Part shown: one piece after another, positions 22,507-29,962 of the stretch | Layout of the letters: each line of letters begins with the position of its first letter | Position numbering within the stretch: position 1 is the first letter of the stretch | Assembly (NCBI RefSeq): GCF_000017945.1 | Contig: NC_009776.1 | Coordinates: forward strand, 720,001-752,000 | From: Ignicoccus hospitalis KIN4/I | GTDB taxonomy: Archaea; Thermoproteota; Thermoprotei_A; Sulfolobales; Ignicoccaceae | Length of the DNA: 32,000 nucleotides | Direction of reading: 5' to 3' | Made by a program: the position numbers and the translations under genes | The notes under the pieces: model-generated | Databases searched by the model: none | Seen by the model: only the letters and a program-made list of their open reading frames with translations | Told to the model about the DNA's origin: nothing

Positions 22507-22908
22507 TCAGTACCCCCTCCTCAAGAACTCCCCGAAGTCTAACAAGTTGAGCACTATGCCTTTCTTAATCATGCCTAAGCCCAGCAAGACGTCGTCCCAG
22601 TAAACTAGGACGTAGCCCCTCTCGCACGGGGGTTCGACCAATTCGAATTCGAATAGGTCTTTCCCGTAGAGGAATAACATGGCCCTCCTCTCGTCCGGCG
22701 CCTTGACTACCCCTCTTTTGGCCCACCGGGCCAAGAGCTTGACCCCTCCCGGGGTCACCGCGTTCTTCCTCTCTACATAGAAGGAACAGCCCGAGTACCC
22801 GGCGCACAGAGAACTGCCCTTGCGGAGGAGCTTGACCTTGGGCTCCGCCCCCAAGCACCTAGCGAGCTCGCGGAAGCTCGGGGCCTCGGGCCTCACACGG
22901 CTCATCAC
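22507..22908 (-). CDS. NIP7/UPF0113-like PUA-domain RNA-binding protein
   Basis: The C-terminus GLGMIKKGIVLNLLDFGEFLRRGY resembles the NIP7-type tail (..ADIGEYVR..). The start GTGATGA overlaps the translin stop. Confidence 0.5.
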   Translation of the reverse strand: MMSRVRPEAPSFRELARCLGAEPKVKLLRKGSSLCAGYSGCSFYVERKNAVTPGGVKLLARWAKRGVVKAPDERRAMLFLYGKDLFEFELVEPPCERGYVLVYWDDVLLGLGMIKKGIVLNLLDFGEFLRRGY

Positions 22909-23531
22909 TTCTCAGCACCGGTTTCTGTCCTCACGGAGCCCATCACTTCTTTATAAAATATGAATTCTTGAAGTTTGTTCAGTATGTTGCTTACGTAGTC
23001 TATCTTCCTCCTCAATTCGTAATCCCTGGGGTTTACATATAGCATGAACACGTAGATGTTCTCTATGGCATCTTTGACCTCCTTCGGGTACTCGAGGTCG
23101 CCCTTGAGCATCTTATCAACGGCCATCCTCAAGAGCTCGCCGGCGGCATCCATTATCCCGGCCACGTACTCTTGGACCGTGGTGTCCGCCTCCTCCAGCG
23201 TCGGGAACCTCCTCTCCTTTTCAAACAAGTATATGCTGAGGGCCTCTACGTACTCTTGCTCGGCCGTTAAGGCTATGTTTATGGTCGCTAACCTCAAGTT
23301 GGCCTTAAGCAGCCCTTTGAGCTTCTCCCTCAACTCGTTCATTTCTTTTACCAGACGTTCGGCCCTCTCCAGCTCGCCCCTCCTTATGGCGTAAATGCAG
23401 AGCTTGCTGTCCTTTATGATCTGTCTGGAGAGGTCGTGGAGCTCGTCCTTCATCTCGTCGTACTCGTCGAGCAGCTTCGCCAGCCTCTCGGCGTACTCTT
23501 TAGTTAGGGGTTGGAAGCTCTTCTCAGACAT
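22905..23531 (-). CDS. Translin/TRAX (C3PO-like) family protein
   Basis: All-helical 208 aa. EQEYVEAL and EYVAGIMDAAGELLR match the translin-family acidic motifs. Confidence 0.7.
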   Translation of the reverse strand: MSEKSFQPLTKEYAERLAKLLDEYDEMKDELHDLSRQIIKDSKLCIYAIRRGELERAERLVKEMNELREKLKGLLKANLRLATINIALTAEQEYVEALSIYLFEKERRFPTLEEADTTVQEYVAGIMDAAGELLRMAVDKMLKGDLEYPKEVKDAIENIYVFMLYVNPRDYELRRKIDYVSNILNKLQEFIFYKEVMGSVRTETGAEK

Positions 23532-24093
23532 CTATCCCGGCCTCCTTTAACCTCTTCTTCATTAACGGCACATCCGTCTCGGGGAACAATTCCAACCTTT
23601 CCTTTATCTTCCTCACGTTTAAGGTTATCTTGCCGCTGTCGGCCAACGCCTTGACCCCCCTTATAATGCTTATGGCCTCCGGGTCCTCGCTCCTAGACTT
23701 TAAGACCACGTAGTCCTCCGGCGAGACCTTCTTTATCTTCACGCCTTTGATTTCCACGGTCTTAGCCTCGTTCAATATCTCATCCGGTACGTAGAAGTCC
23801 ATGATGTTGTCGTAGAACTCTATTTCGACCTCGTTCTTGGGCCCCTTGGCGACCATCTTGGGGGTGCCCAACCCCGTGTGGCCGTACTCCCAGCCCTCCT
23901 CGTCCGCGATGGTTCGGAAGAAGTCCTCCTCCACGAGCGCGTAGTGGTTTGTGGGGAAGAGGTCCAAGTCGCCGCTGAACTTCTTGTTTCTGGCTTCCAA
24001 CTCGACGGAGGTCCCGCCTATTATTACCGCGTCCAGCCCGGCCTCCTGTAACTTCTTCATTACGTATATTAGATCATCTAGGGTGAACGTCAA
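23524..24093 (-). CDS. Minimal nucleotidyltransferase-fold protein (DUF2204/MNT-like)
   Basis: AVIIGGTSVELEARNKKFSGDLDLF fits the NTase pattern (GG-x-hairpin followed by DxD). TTG start; 8-nt overlap with the translin gene. Confidence 0.55.
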   Translation of the reverse strand: MTFTLDDLIYVMKKLQEAGLDAVIIGGTSVELEARNKKFSGDLDLFPTNHYALVEEDFFRTIADEEGWEYGHTGLGTPKMVAKGPKNEVEIEFYDNIMDFYVPDEILNEAKTVEIKGVKIKKVSPEDYVVLKSRSEDPEAISIIRGVKALADSGKITLNVRKIKERLELFPETDVPLMKKRLKEAGIDV

Positions 24094-24099
24094 ACCGCA

Positions 24100-24267
24100 T
24101 TACCTCTTGCCTCCGAGCTCGTAGTGCTTCGGCCTGAGGTTGGTGCTCTTGCACCTCCTACACTTCGTCGCTCCCCACGGGTTAAGGGCGCCGCACTTCC
24201 TACACACGTACTTCTTGAGCACCCTCTTTTGCACGATCGCTACCAATTCGGGGTCAGTTACGGGCAC
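24100..24267 (-). CDS. rpl40e: 50S ribosomal protein L40e (55 aa; absent from the ORF track because it is under 60 aa)
   Basis: Hand translation gives (GTG)[54 protein letters not shown]. This has the CxxC...CxxC ribbon and strong resemblance to archaeal L40e. An in-frame TGA lies 3 codons upstream of the GTG. Confidence 0.85.
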   Translation of the reverse strand: MPVTDPELVAIVQKRVLKKYVCRKCGALNPWGATKCRRCKSTNLRPKHYELGGKR

Positions 24268-24368
24268 TTCCGTTCACCCCGCACACGCGCGCTCGGGCAA
24301 AGTTATATTTTCTCCAACGTCGCCCATCATTAACCCGGACCTCCGAATTCCCCCTTGGGCACGCGGCT

Positions 24369-25331
24369 TTGTTGAGCGAGTTGGATAAGAGGCTGCTGTA
24401 CGAGTTACAGTACAACTTCCCCTTGACGCCCACCCCCTTCGAGGAGGTGGCCCGAGCCCTCGGGATATCTCAAGAGCGCGTGTTGGAGAGAACTAAGGAA
24501 TTGATGGATAATAAGATAATAAAGAGGATAGGGTTCACGGTTAACTATAAATCAATGGGTAAGGTAGCGGCCTTGGTTGGGGTGAAGGTGAGGGGGAGGA
24601 AGGACGTAGAGGCGTTGAAGGCCATATTGATGAATAACCCGGAGGTGACCCACAACTACCTAAGGGACGACCCAGACTACCAAGTATGGTTCACAATAAA
24701 GGCCAAGAATATGGAAGTCTTAAAGGAAGAGGTCAAGAACATCTTGGAGCCTTTGGGTTTGAACGACTATGTCGTTCTGCCCAGCAAGAAGGTATGCAAG
24801 GTGAGCGTTAGGTACGACCCGATAAGGGGCATCGCTTGGAGCCCCTACTCCCCCCAGAAGGACGAGGTTCCCAAGCCCGAGGACTTGGGGCTGCCCGAGG
24901 AGTTCCCGAAGGACGTCTCTAGGCTGAAGCCCGTGGAGAGGCCTTACGCGGAGGTGGCGAAGAAGTACGGGATGTCTGAAGAGGAGGTGGTCGAGAAAGT
25001 TAAGCTGTTGTTGAGGGAGGGGGTGCTGAGGAACCCGGGGGCCAGTGTAGACGGCGACAAGATAGGCTTCAAGTACAATTCAATGATAGTTATGAAAGTT
25101 GACGACGACGTGGAGGTCTGTAGGAGAATAGCGGAAGAGGTCCCGGAGGCCTCCCACGTAGTGGCTAGGGTAGTGGACGAGAGGTGGCCCTACCCAGTCT
25201 ACTTCGTGTTACACGCCACTAAGAAAGAGCTGGTGGAGGATGTGGCTTCGAGAGTAATCGAGAAGTTCGACCCATATGACTATAGAAAGTTATACAGTTT
25301 GGAGAACTTGAAGCCGGGAGTGGCTCGCTAA
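24369..25331 (+). CDS. Fused AsnC/Lrp-like siroheme decarboxylase (AhbA/AhbB, NirDL-type), alternative haem pathway
   Basis: Two tandem HTH + ligand-domain repeats. The NPEVTHNYLR motif is typical of NirD/L/G/H-AhbA/B proteins. TTG start. Confidence 0.6.
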   Translation: MLSELDKRLLYELQYNFPLTPTPFEEVARALGISQERVLERTKELMDNKIIKRIGFTVNYKSMGKVAALVGVKVRGRKDVEALKAILMNNPEVTHNYLRDDPDYQVWFTIKAKNMEVLKEEVKNILEPLGLNDYVVLPSKKVCKVSVRYDPIRGIAWSPYSPQKDEVPKPEDLGLPEEFPKDVSRLKPVERPYAEVAKKYGMSEEEVVEKVKLLLREGVLRNPGASVDGDKIGFKYNSMIVMKVDDDVEVCRRIAEEVPEASHVVARVVDERWPYPVYFVLHATKKELVEDVASRVIEKFDPYDYRKLYSLENLKPGVAR

Positions 25332-25413
25332 CCGAACGAGATGTAGCAAAGTATTACGCTTTCTCTCTGATTAATAAGGCCCACAGTTCTAAGAGAAGAA
25401 CGAGGAGAGAGGC

Positions 25414-25905
25414 ATGCCGGCCAGAGGGATAAGCTGGGCGGCGGAAGTCTTGAGGAGGCTGAAGGGCGTAGACTTCCCCGTAACCAAGGAGCAGTTGAAG
25501 GAGAGGCTCAAGGGGATGTACTGGAGGGGTATACCGATCGAGGAGCTGCTGGACAAGATAGAGAAGGACACCTTCGAGACCCCCGCAGAGGTCCTCCACT
25601 ACTTGGCGGAGGCGGCTAGGAAGGTAGAGGAAGAGAAGGGCTTGGTAACCCACAGGGGCATAAGCTGGGCCGCTCTGGTGCTCAAGAAGCTCAAGGGCGT
25701 AGACTTCCCCGTAACCAAGGAGCAGTTGAAGGAGAGGCTCAAGGGAGTCACTTGGAGGGGCATACCCATCGAGGTGATATTGGACCACATAGAGAAGGAC
25801 ACCTTCGAGACCCCCGCGGAGCTGTTGCACGAGATAGCGGTTACAGCCAAGAAGCTGGAAGAGATGGGCTACGCGAGGGAGGAGGTGGAGCTCCCTCAAG
25901 CCTAA
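25414..25905 (+). CDS. Protein made of two tandem DUF2795-like repeats
   Basis: Each repeat reads GISWAA.VL..LKGVDFPVTKEQLKERLKG..WRGIPIE..LD.IEKDTFETPAE.LH. Confidence 0.6.
   Translation: MPARGISWAAEVLRRLKGVDFPVTKEQLKERLKGMYWRGIPIEELLDKIEKDTFETPAEVLHYLAEAARKVEEEKGLVTHRGISWAALVLKKLKGVDFPVTKEQLKERLKGVTWRGIPIEVILDHIEKDTFETPAELLHEIAVTAKKLEEMGYAREEVELPQA
25431..25831 (+). repeat. Intragenic tandem duplication, period 231 nt (77 codons)
   Basis: Perfect 53-nt match between 25462-25514 and 25693-25745. Perfect 29-nt match between 25558-25586 and 25789-25817. Confidence 0.9.
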
Positions 25906-25958
25906 CCTCTCCTTTTTTATTTTCCCTCAGCGGTCACCCCTCCTAGGCAAAGGGCGAC

Positions 25959-27164
25959 TTGAAGAGGGTACCTCCCGAGGTCTGCGCCCGTTGTAAGGGC
26001 TACCGGAGGCTCTGCGGGGCGAGGAGGTGCCCCATCCTAGAAAGGGTGCGCAGCTTCTACTCCGCCGGCTGGGACAGCAGGAGGCCCGAGGGTCCTACCC
26101 CTCCTTCCCCCCTCGTGGGGGAGGCGGGCTACCCCAAAGTCCCGGTCTCCTTGGGGATTTCCCCTTATGGAGACCCTACGGTGAGGGACTCGCCGGAGCT
26201 CTGGGCGCGAGGGGGCTTCGACCTAGAGGCGGTCGCTAAGCTACGCATGGAAATGATCTTCCCATTTAAGAAATTTGACGCGAGGAGGCCGGAGGAATTG
26301 CTCAAGGGGGACTTGCTCTGGGGGGCAGTATCGGAGAGGCCCGTGGACGCCGAGGCCAAGGCCCTCGGTAGGCCGCTCCCGCCGTCCTTGGACGGCATCT
26401 TAGCCCCCGTGGGGGCCTCTGTGAGAGCAGAGGAGATAAAGGTAATTGACAACCCCAAGGTAGACCCTCTGCTGGAGAGGAGGAGCTCTGAGGGGTTGAA
26501 GGCCGAAGAGGCGGTGAAGGAGCTTTTCAGAAAGGGGAGGAGCATATACTTGATTCAGAAGGCGTTCAGCGTGGGCATGTTCGGGGTGAAGAAGAGGCTC
26601 GTCCCTACGCGTTGGGCCATCACGGCGGTTGATGTAGCAGTAGCTAAGGCGATAAAGGAGGACATGAAGGGTCTCCCGTGGGTGGGGGGCCCGAAGGTAG
26701 GCGTCTACTCGCACTACGGCAACGTCTACAAGGTCTTGCTCGTTCCCGGACCTCCAATAGTCGAGATGGTAGAAGTTTGGGAGCCTAGGAGCTTGTGGAC
26801 GCCGAAGGAGGTTACGATATACAACTACGAGGGGCCCACCGCGAGGTCCAAGGCGCTGGACCCTGACGACGGGGGCTTCCACGCGCTCAAGGTCGGAGTA
26901 CTCAAAGCCTTGAAGGAGAGGGGGGTGAGCGCCACAGCGTTGGTCATAAGGAGGGTAACTCCGGACTACTACCTCCCCTTAGGGGCGTGGCAAGTGCGCG
27001 AGGGGAGCTACATGGCTACCTTGAAGGCGTTGGACTCGGGCGACATGAGCTTGAAGGAGGCCCTAGAACGCTTACAAGACGAGAAGGTCGTCATGTTTAA
27101 GAGCTTGAGGCAGAGGAGCTTGAGCGAGTACACTCTTCCGGCAGCTCGCCGGCCCAGAACTTAG
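25959..27164 (+). CDS. nreA: Nre-family archaeal DNA repair protein (NreA-like) with a C-terminal PIP-like box
   Basis: N-terminal CARCKGYRRLCGARRCP, central LVPTRWAITAVD and C-terminal QRSLSEYT (Qxx[L]xx[Y]). TTG start. Confidence 0.55.
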   Translation: MKRVPPEVCARCKGYRRLCGARRCPILERVRSFYSAGWDSRRPEGPTPPSPLVGEAGYPKVPVSLGISPYGDPTVRDSPELWARGGFDLEAVAKLRMEMIFPFKKFDARRPEELLKGDLLWGAVSERPVDAEAKALGRPLPPSLDGILAPVGASVRAEEIKVIDNPKVDPLLERRSSEGLKAEEAVKELFRKGRSIYLIQKAFSVGMFGVKKRLVPTRWAITAVDVAVAKAIKEDMKGLPWVGGPKVGVYSHYGNVYKVLLVPGPPIVEMVEVWEPRSLWTPKEVTIYNYEGPTARSKALDPDDGGFHALKVGVLKALKERGVSATALVIRRVTPDYYLPLGAWQVREGSYMATLKALDSGDMSLKEALERLQDEKVVMFKSLRQRSLSEYTLPAARRPRT

Positions 27165-27612
27165 GCTCCTCCACTTGCTTGGGCATGTCTTTGGTGTTGA
27201 CGAACATTTGATAAACGGCCTTCCACCCTATGGGACCCTTGCGCGTGACTAGCTTGCACTGCTTCAAACATTCTACTATTCTCCCCCTCTCCTTACACAA
27301 CGAATATGCCACGAACTTCGCTATCATCTCCTCTATGTACCCTACCCTGCTCCTCCCCTCGTTCAGCCTCTTCGCCAGCCAGTTGCCGAACGCTTGTAAG
27401 CTTTTTAAAACTATGTCCATGTCTATCTTGTCGATGAATGTTAGGGAGGCGACGCCGCCCACGCTTAAGCTGTCCCCGCTCACTACTACTTCGAAGCACT
27501 TGTAGACTTTCTTCTTAGAGTTGCTGGTACACGTCAGTATTAAGTAGGCGGCGTCGCCGCTCTTGGCGACCGTCGCTTCGAAGTCCGTGCACCGCGCGGT
27601 CATTCCCATCAC
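27097..27612 (-). CDS. Hypothetical protein (171 aa) with a Ser-rich tail
   Basis: ORF with coding-like composition. Its 3' end overlaps the 3' end of the Nre gene by 68 nt (convergent). No motif recognised. Confidence 0.4.
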   Translation of the reverse strand: MMGMTARCTDFEATVAKSGDAAYLILTCTSNSKKKVYKCFEVVVSGDSLSVGGVASLTFIDKIDMDIVLKSLQAFGNWLAKRLNEGRSRVGYIEEMIAKFVAYSLCKERGRIVECLKQCKLVTRKGPIGWKAVYQMFVNTKDMPKQVEEPKFWAGELPEECTRSSSSASSS

Positions 27613-27671
27613 GTTCGTAGTCGTGAGCAGACCTTAATTAGCGTCTACCTAGAGCCGCTCTGGGAACTCTC

Positions 27672-28379
27672 TTGAAGCTGATCTACGAGGGAAAGACAAA
27701 GAAAGTGTACGATATGGATGATAAGGTGCTGCTCAAATTCAAGGACGTTTTCACCGCATTCGACGGCAAGAAGGTAGAAGAGGTAAAAGGTAAGGGAAAG
27801 GTAAACGCAGAGTTCACCGAGCTGTTGATGAAGTACTTAGAACAGCACGGCGTTAAGACTCACTTCTTGAGCAGGAACGAAGACGAGATAGTTGCTATAA
27901 AAACCAAGCCTCTTCCGTTAGAGTTCATCGTAAGGAACTACGCCTACGGTAGCTTGCTGAAGAGGCTCCCGATCCTAGAGAAGGGACAGAGGTTGCTCAC
28001 GCCGGTATTCGAGGTCCATTACAAGAGCGACGAGCTCCACGACCCCTTGCTCGCAGAGGACGACCCCGTAGCGGCCGGGATAGTTTCCAAGGACGTAATG
28101 AAGACTATCAGGGAAACCACATTGAAGGTTAACGAGCTCCTCACAGAGCTCTTCGAGAAGGCTGGGTTCAAGTTGATAGACTTCAAGGTGGAGTACGGAA
28201 TAACGGAGGACGGAAGGGTCGTATTAATAGACGAGTTGAGTCCCGACTCCTTTAGGGCCCACAAGGGCGGCGAGGCTTACGACAAGGACTTGTTCCGCCA
28301 AGGCGCCAGCGGCGAAGAAGTGTTGAAGAAGTACGTAGAGCTGTTAGAGGCTCTGAGGGAGGCGTTGGGCGTTGAATGA
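27672..28379 (+). CDS. purC: SAICAR synthetase
   Basis: LIYEGKTKKVY, FKDVFTAFDGKK, IVRNYAYGS and LIDELSPDSFR are characteristic of PurC. TTG start. Confidence 0.9.
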   Translation: MKLIYEGKTKKVYDMDDKVLLKFKDVFTAFDGKKVEEVKGKGKVNAEFTELLMKYLEQHGVKTHFLSRNEDEIVAIKTKPLPLEFIVRNYAYGSLLKRLPILEKGQRLLTPVFEVHYKSDELHDPLLAEDDPVAAGIVSKDVMKTIRETTLKVNELLTELFEKAGFKLIDFKVEYGITEDGRVVLIDELSPDSFRAHKGGEAYDKDLFRQGASGEEVLKKYVELLEALREALGVE

Positions 28380-28644
28380 ATACTTAGTCGAGGTCATAAT
28401 TCGGAACAAGAGGGTCGCTAGGGACCCGGAGGGCGAGACCATAAAAAACGAACTGGTTAGTAGGAGTTCCCTCGCGGACTCGATAAAAGAGGTCAGGTCG
28501 GGGAAGTGGCTCTTGTTTACTGTGCTGGCCGAAGACGAGAGGGAGGCCTTGCAAAAGGTGGAGAAGCTCTGTAAAGAGATGAGGATCTTCAACCCCGTGG
28601 TCCACGAGATGGAGGTGAGGCCCTATCAAGGTGGCCGTGCTTAA
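28372..28644 (+). CDS. purS: FGAM synthase subunit PurS
   Basis: VEVIIRNKRVARDPEGETIKNEL...VRSGKWLLF...RIFNPVVHE matches the PurS pattern. 8-nt overlap with purC. Confidence 0.85.
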   Translation: MNEYLVEVIIRNKRVARDPEGETIKNELVSRSSLADSIKEVRSGKWLLFTVLAEDEREALQKVEKLCKEMRIFNPVVHEMEVRPYQGGRA

Positions 28645-29290
28645 GTTCCCGGGGACCAACGGGGACGAGGACGTCAAGCACGTGGTCAACTTGTACGGGA
28701 TGAGGGGGGAGGTCGTGTGGTACAAGGAGTTCAAGCAGAGCGAGTGGGACGCGGTGGTCTTGGCGGGCGGCTTCAGTTACGCTGACAGGCTGCGGGCCGG
28801 GGCGATAGCTTCCGTGACCTCGGCCATGGATCAGGTGGTGGAAGCGGCCGAGGAGGGCAAGCCGGTTTTGGGGATCTGCAACGGGTTCCAAATGCTTATG
28901 GAAAGGGGACTGATGGGAAACGGAGCGCTCCTGCACAACCTAAACAACAGGTTCGTGTGCAAGTGGGTAAAAGTTATGGTTGTGGATAACAAGACCCCTT
29001 GGACCTTGGACTACGAGCCCGGAGAAGTAGTGGATATGCCCGTGGCGCACGCTGAGGGGAGGTACTTCTCGGAGAGCGAGCCCAACAACGTGGTCTTTAA
29101 GTACGTCGAGAATCCGAACGGGAGCATGTGGGACGTGGCGGGCCTTCACTCCCCCGAGCTCAAGAACGTGGTGGGCTTAATGCCTCACCCGGAGAGGGCG
29201 GCTGAGGAGGTGTTGGCGCCCCCCGGTAGGGGGCCGGGAGGGAGCAAGGTATGGACCAGCTTGAGGAGGGCGCTCAAGCACGGTTGGTAG
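28631..29290 (+). CDS. purQ: FGAM synthase glutaminase subunit PurQ
   Basis: VAVLKFPGTNGDED, GGFSYADRLRAG, nucleophile GICNGFQ and MPHPER. GTG start overlaps purS by 14 nt. Confidence 0.9.
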   Translation: MAVLKFPGTNGDEDVKHVVNLYGMRGEVVWYKEFKQSEWDAVVLAGGFSYADRLRAGAIASVTSAMDQVVEAAEEGKPVLGICNGFQMLMERGLMGNGALLHNLNNRFVCKWVKVMVVDNKTPWTLDYEPGEVVDMPVAHAEGRYFSESEPNNVVFKYVENPNGSMWDVAGLHSPELKNVVGLMPHPERAAEEVLAPPGRGPGGSKVWTSLRRALKHGW

Positions 29291-29897
29291 GACACAACAA
29301 CTCCCTCAGCTTCGATATCAGTTTCTCCTTCTCCTCCAGCTCCTTTTGGAGCTCCTCCAAGCGGGCCTTCAGCTTCTCCACTTCCTCCGCGGAGCTCAGC
29401 TGGCTCACCTTTTCCCTCAGCTCCGCGTTCTCCTTTTCGAGTTCCTTTATTCTCTCTTCTAGCTCCTTGATCCTTTCTTCTGGAATTATCACGCCTTTGA
29501 TCGGTATCACTAGCTTGAGCTCCCCTCTCGCCAGCATCTCGTAAGTCTCGAGGACGAGCTTCCCAGCCTTGGTCTTACCCTTTAGGTGGTTCCTTATGGT
29601 ACTTTCGCTCCTCCCCAGCTCTTCCGCTATCTGTGGTATGGTGTAACCCGCCTTGTACCTAGCCAAGGCGGCCGCGGCGACGGCCAAGCTGTCCACCCAC
29701 GTGGCCCTTTCTACGGGGTCGAGTATCAGTTGAATCACATCGGGCCTGTAGATAGTACCTATTATCAAGGCGGTCTCCAACTCCATTATCTCCTTCTTGC
29801 TGGTCGGCCTCAAGGGCACGTGGCTTAGGTCTATCTCTACGGTCCCGTCCTCCCTAGTCCTAACGTAGGCGCTCATCTCGCTCAAACCGTCCTCCAC
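29274..29897 (-). CDS. HTH DNA-binding protein with a long C-terminal coiled coil
   Basis: The HTH segment is GYTIPQIAEELGRSESTIRNHLKG. It is followed by a heptad-rich ERIKELEERIKELEKENAELREKV...LEELQKELEEKEKL. Convergent 17-nt overlap with purQ. Confidence 0.55.
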   Translation of the reverse strand: MEDGLSEMSAYVRTREDGTVEIDLSHVPLRPTSKKEIMELETALIIGTIYRPDVIQLILDPVERATWVDSLAVAAAALARYKAGYTIPQIAEELGRSESTIRNHLKGKTKAGKLVLETYEMLARGELKLVIPIKGVIIPEERIKELEERIKELEKENAELREKVSQLSSAEEVEKLKARLEELQKELEEKEKLISKLRELLCPTNRA

Positions 29898-29962
29898 CGG
29901 TCTTCGTAGAGGAGTTCAACCTTTACTAGCTTGGGTCTCGCAGCGCGTAGGGGCTATAGGGA

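Noticed and set aside
24124-24388. Plus-strand ORFs 24124..24333 and 24140..24388
   Set aside because: The opposite strand encodes a clear L40e ribosomal protein (24100-24267). The plus-strand translations have no motif and run through the divergent promoter region.
25354-25899. 181-aa minus-strand ORF, itself internally repeated
   Set aside because: It is an antisense shadow of the tandem DUF2795-like gene. Its repeat structure merely mirrors the sense-strand duplication, and the sense product has a recognisable domain pattern.
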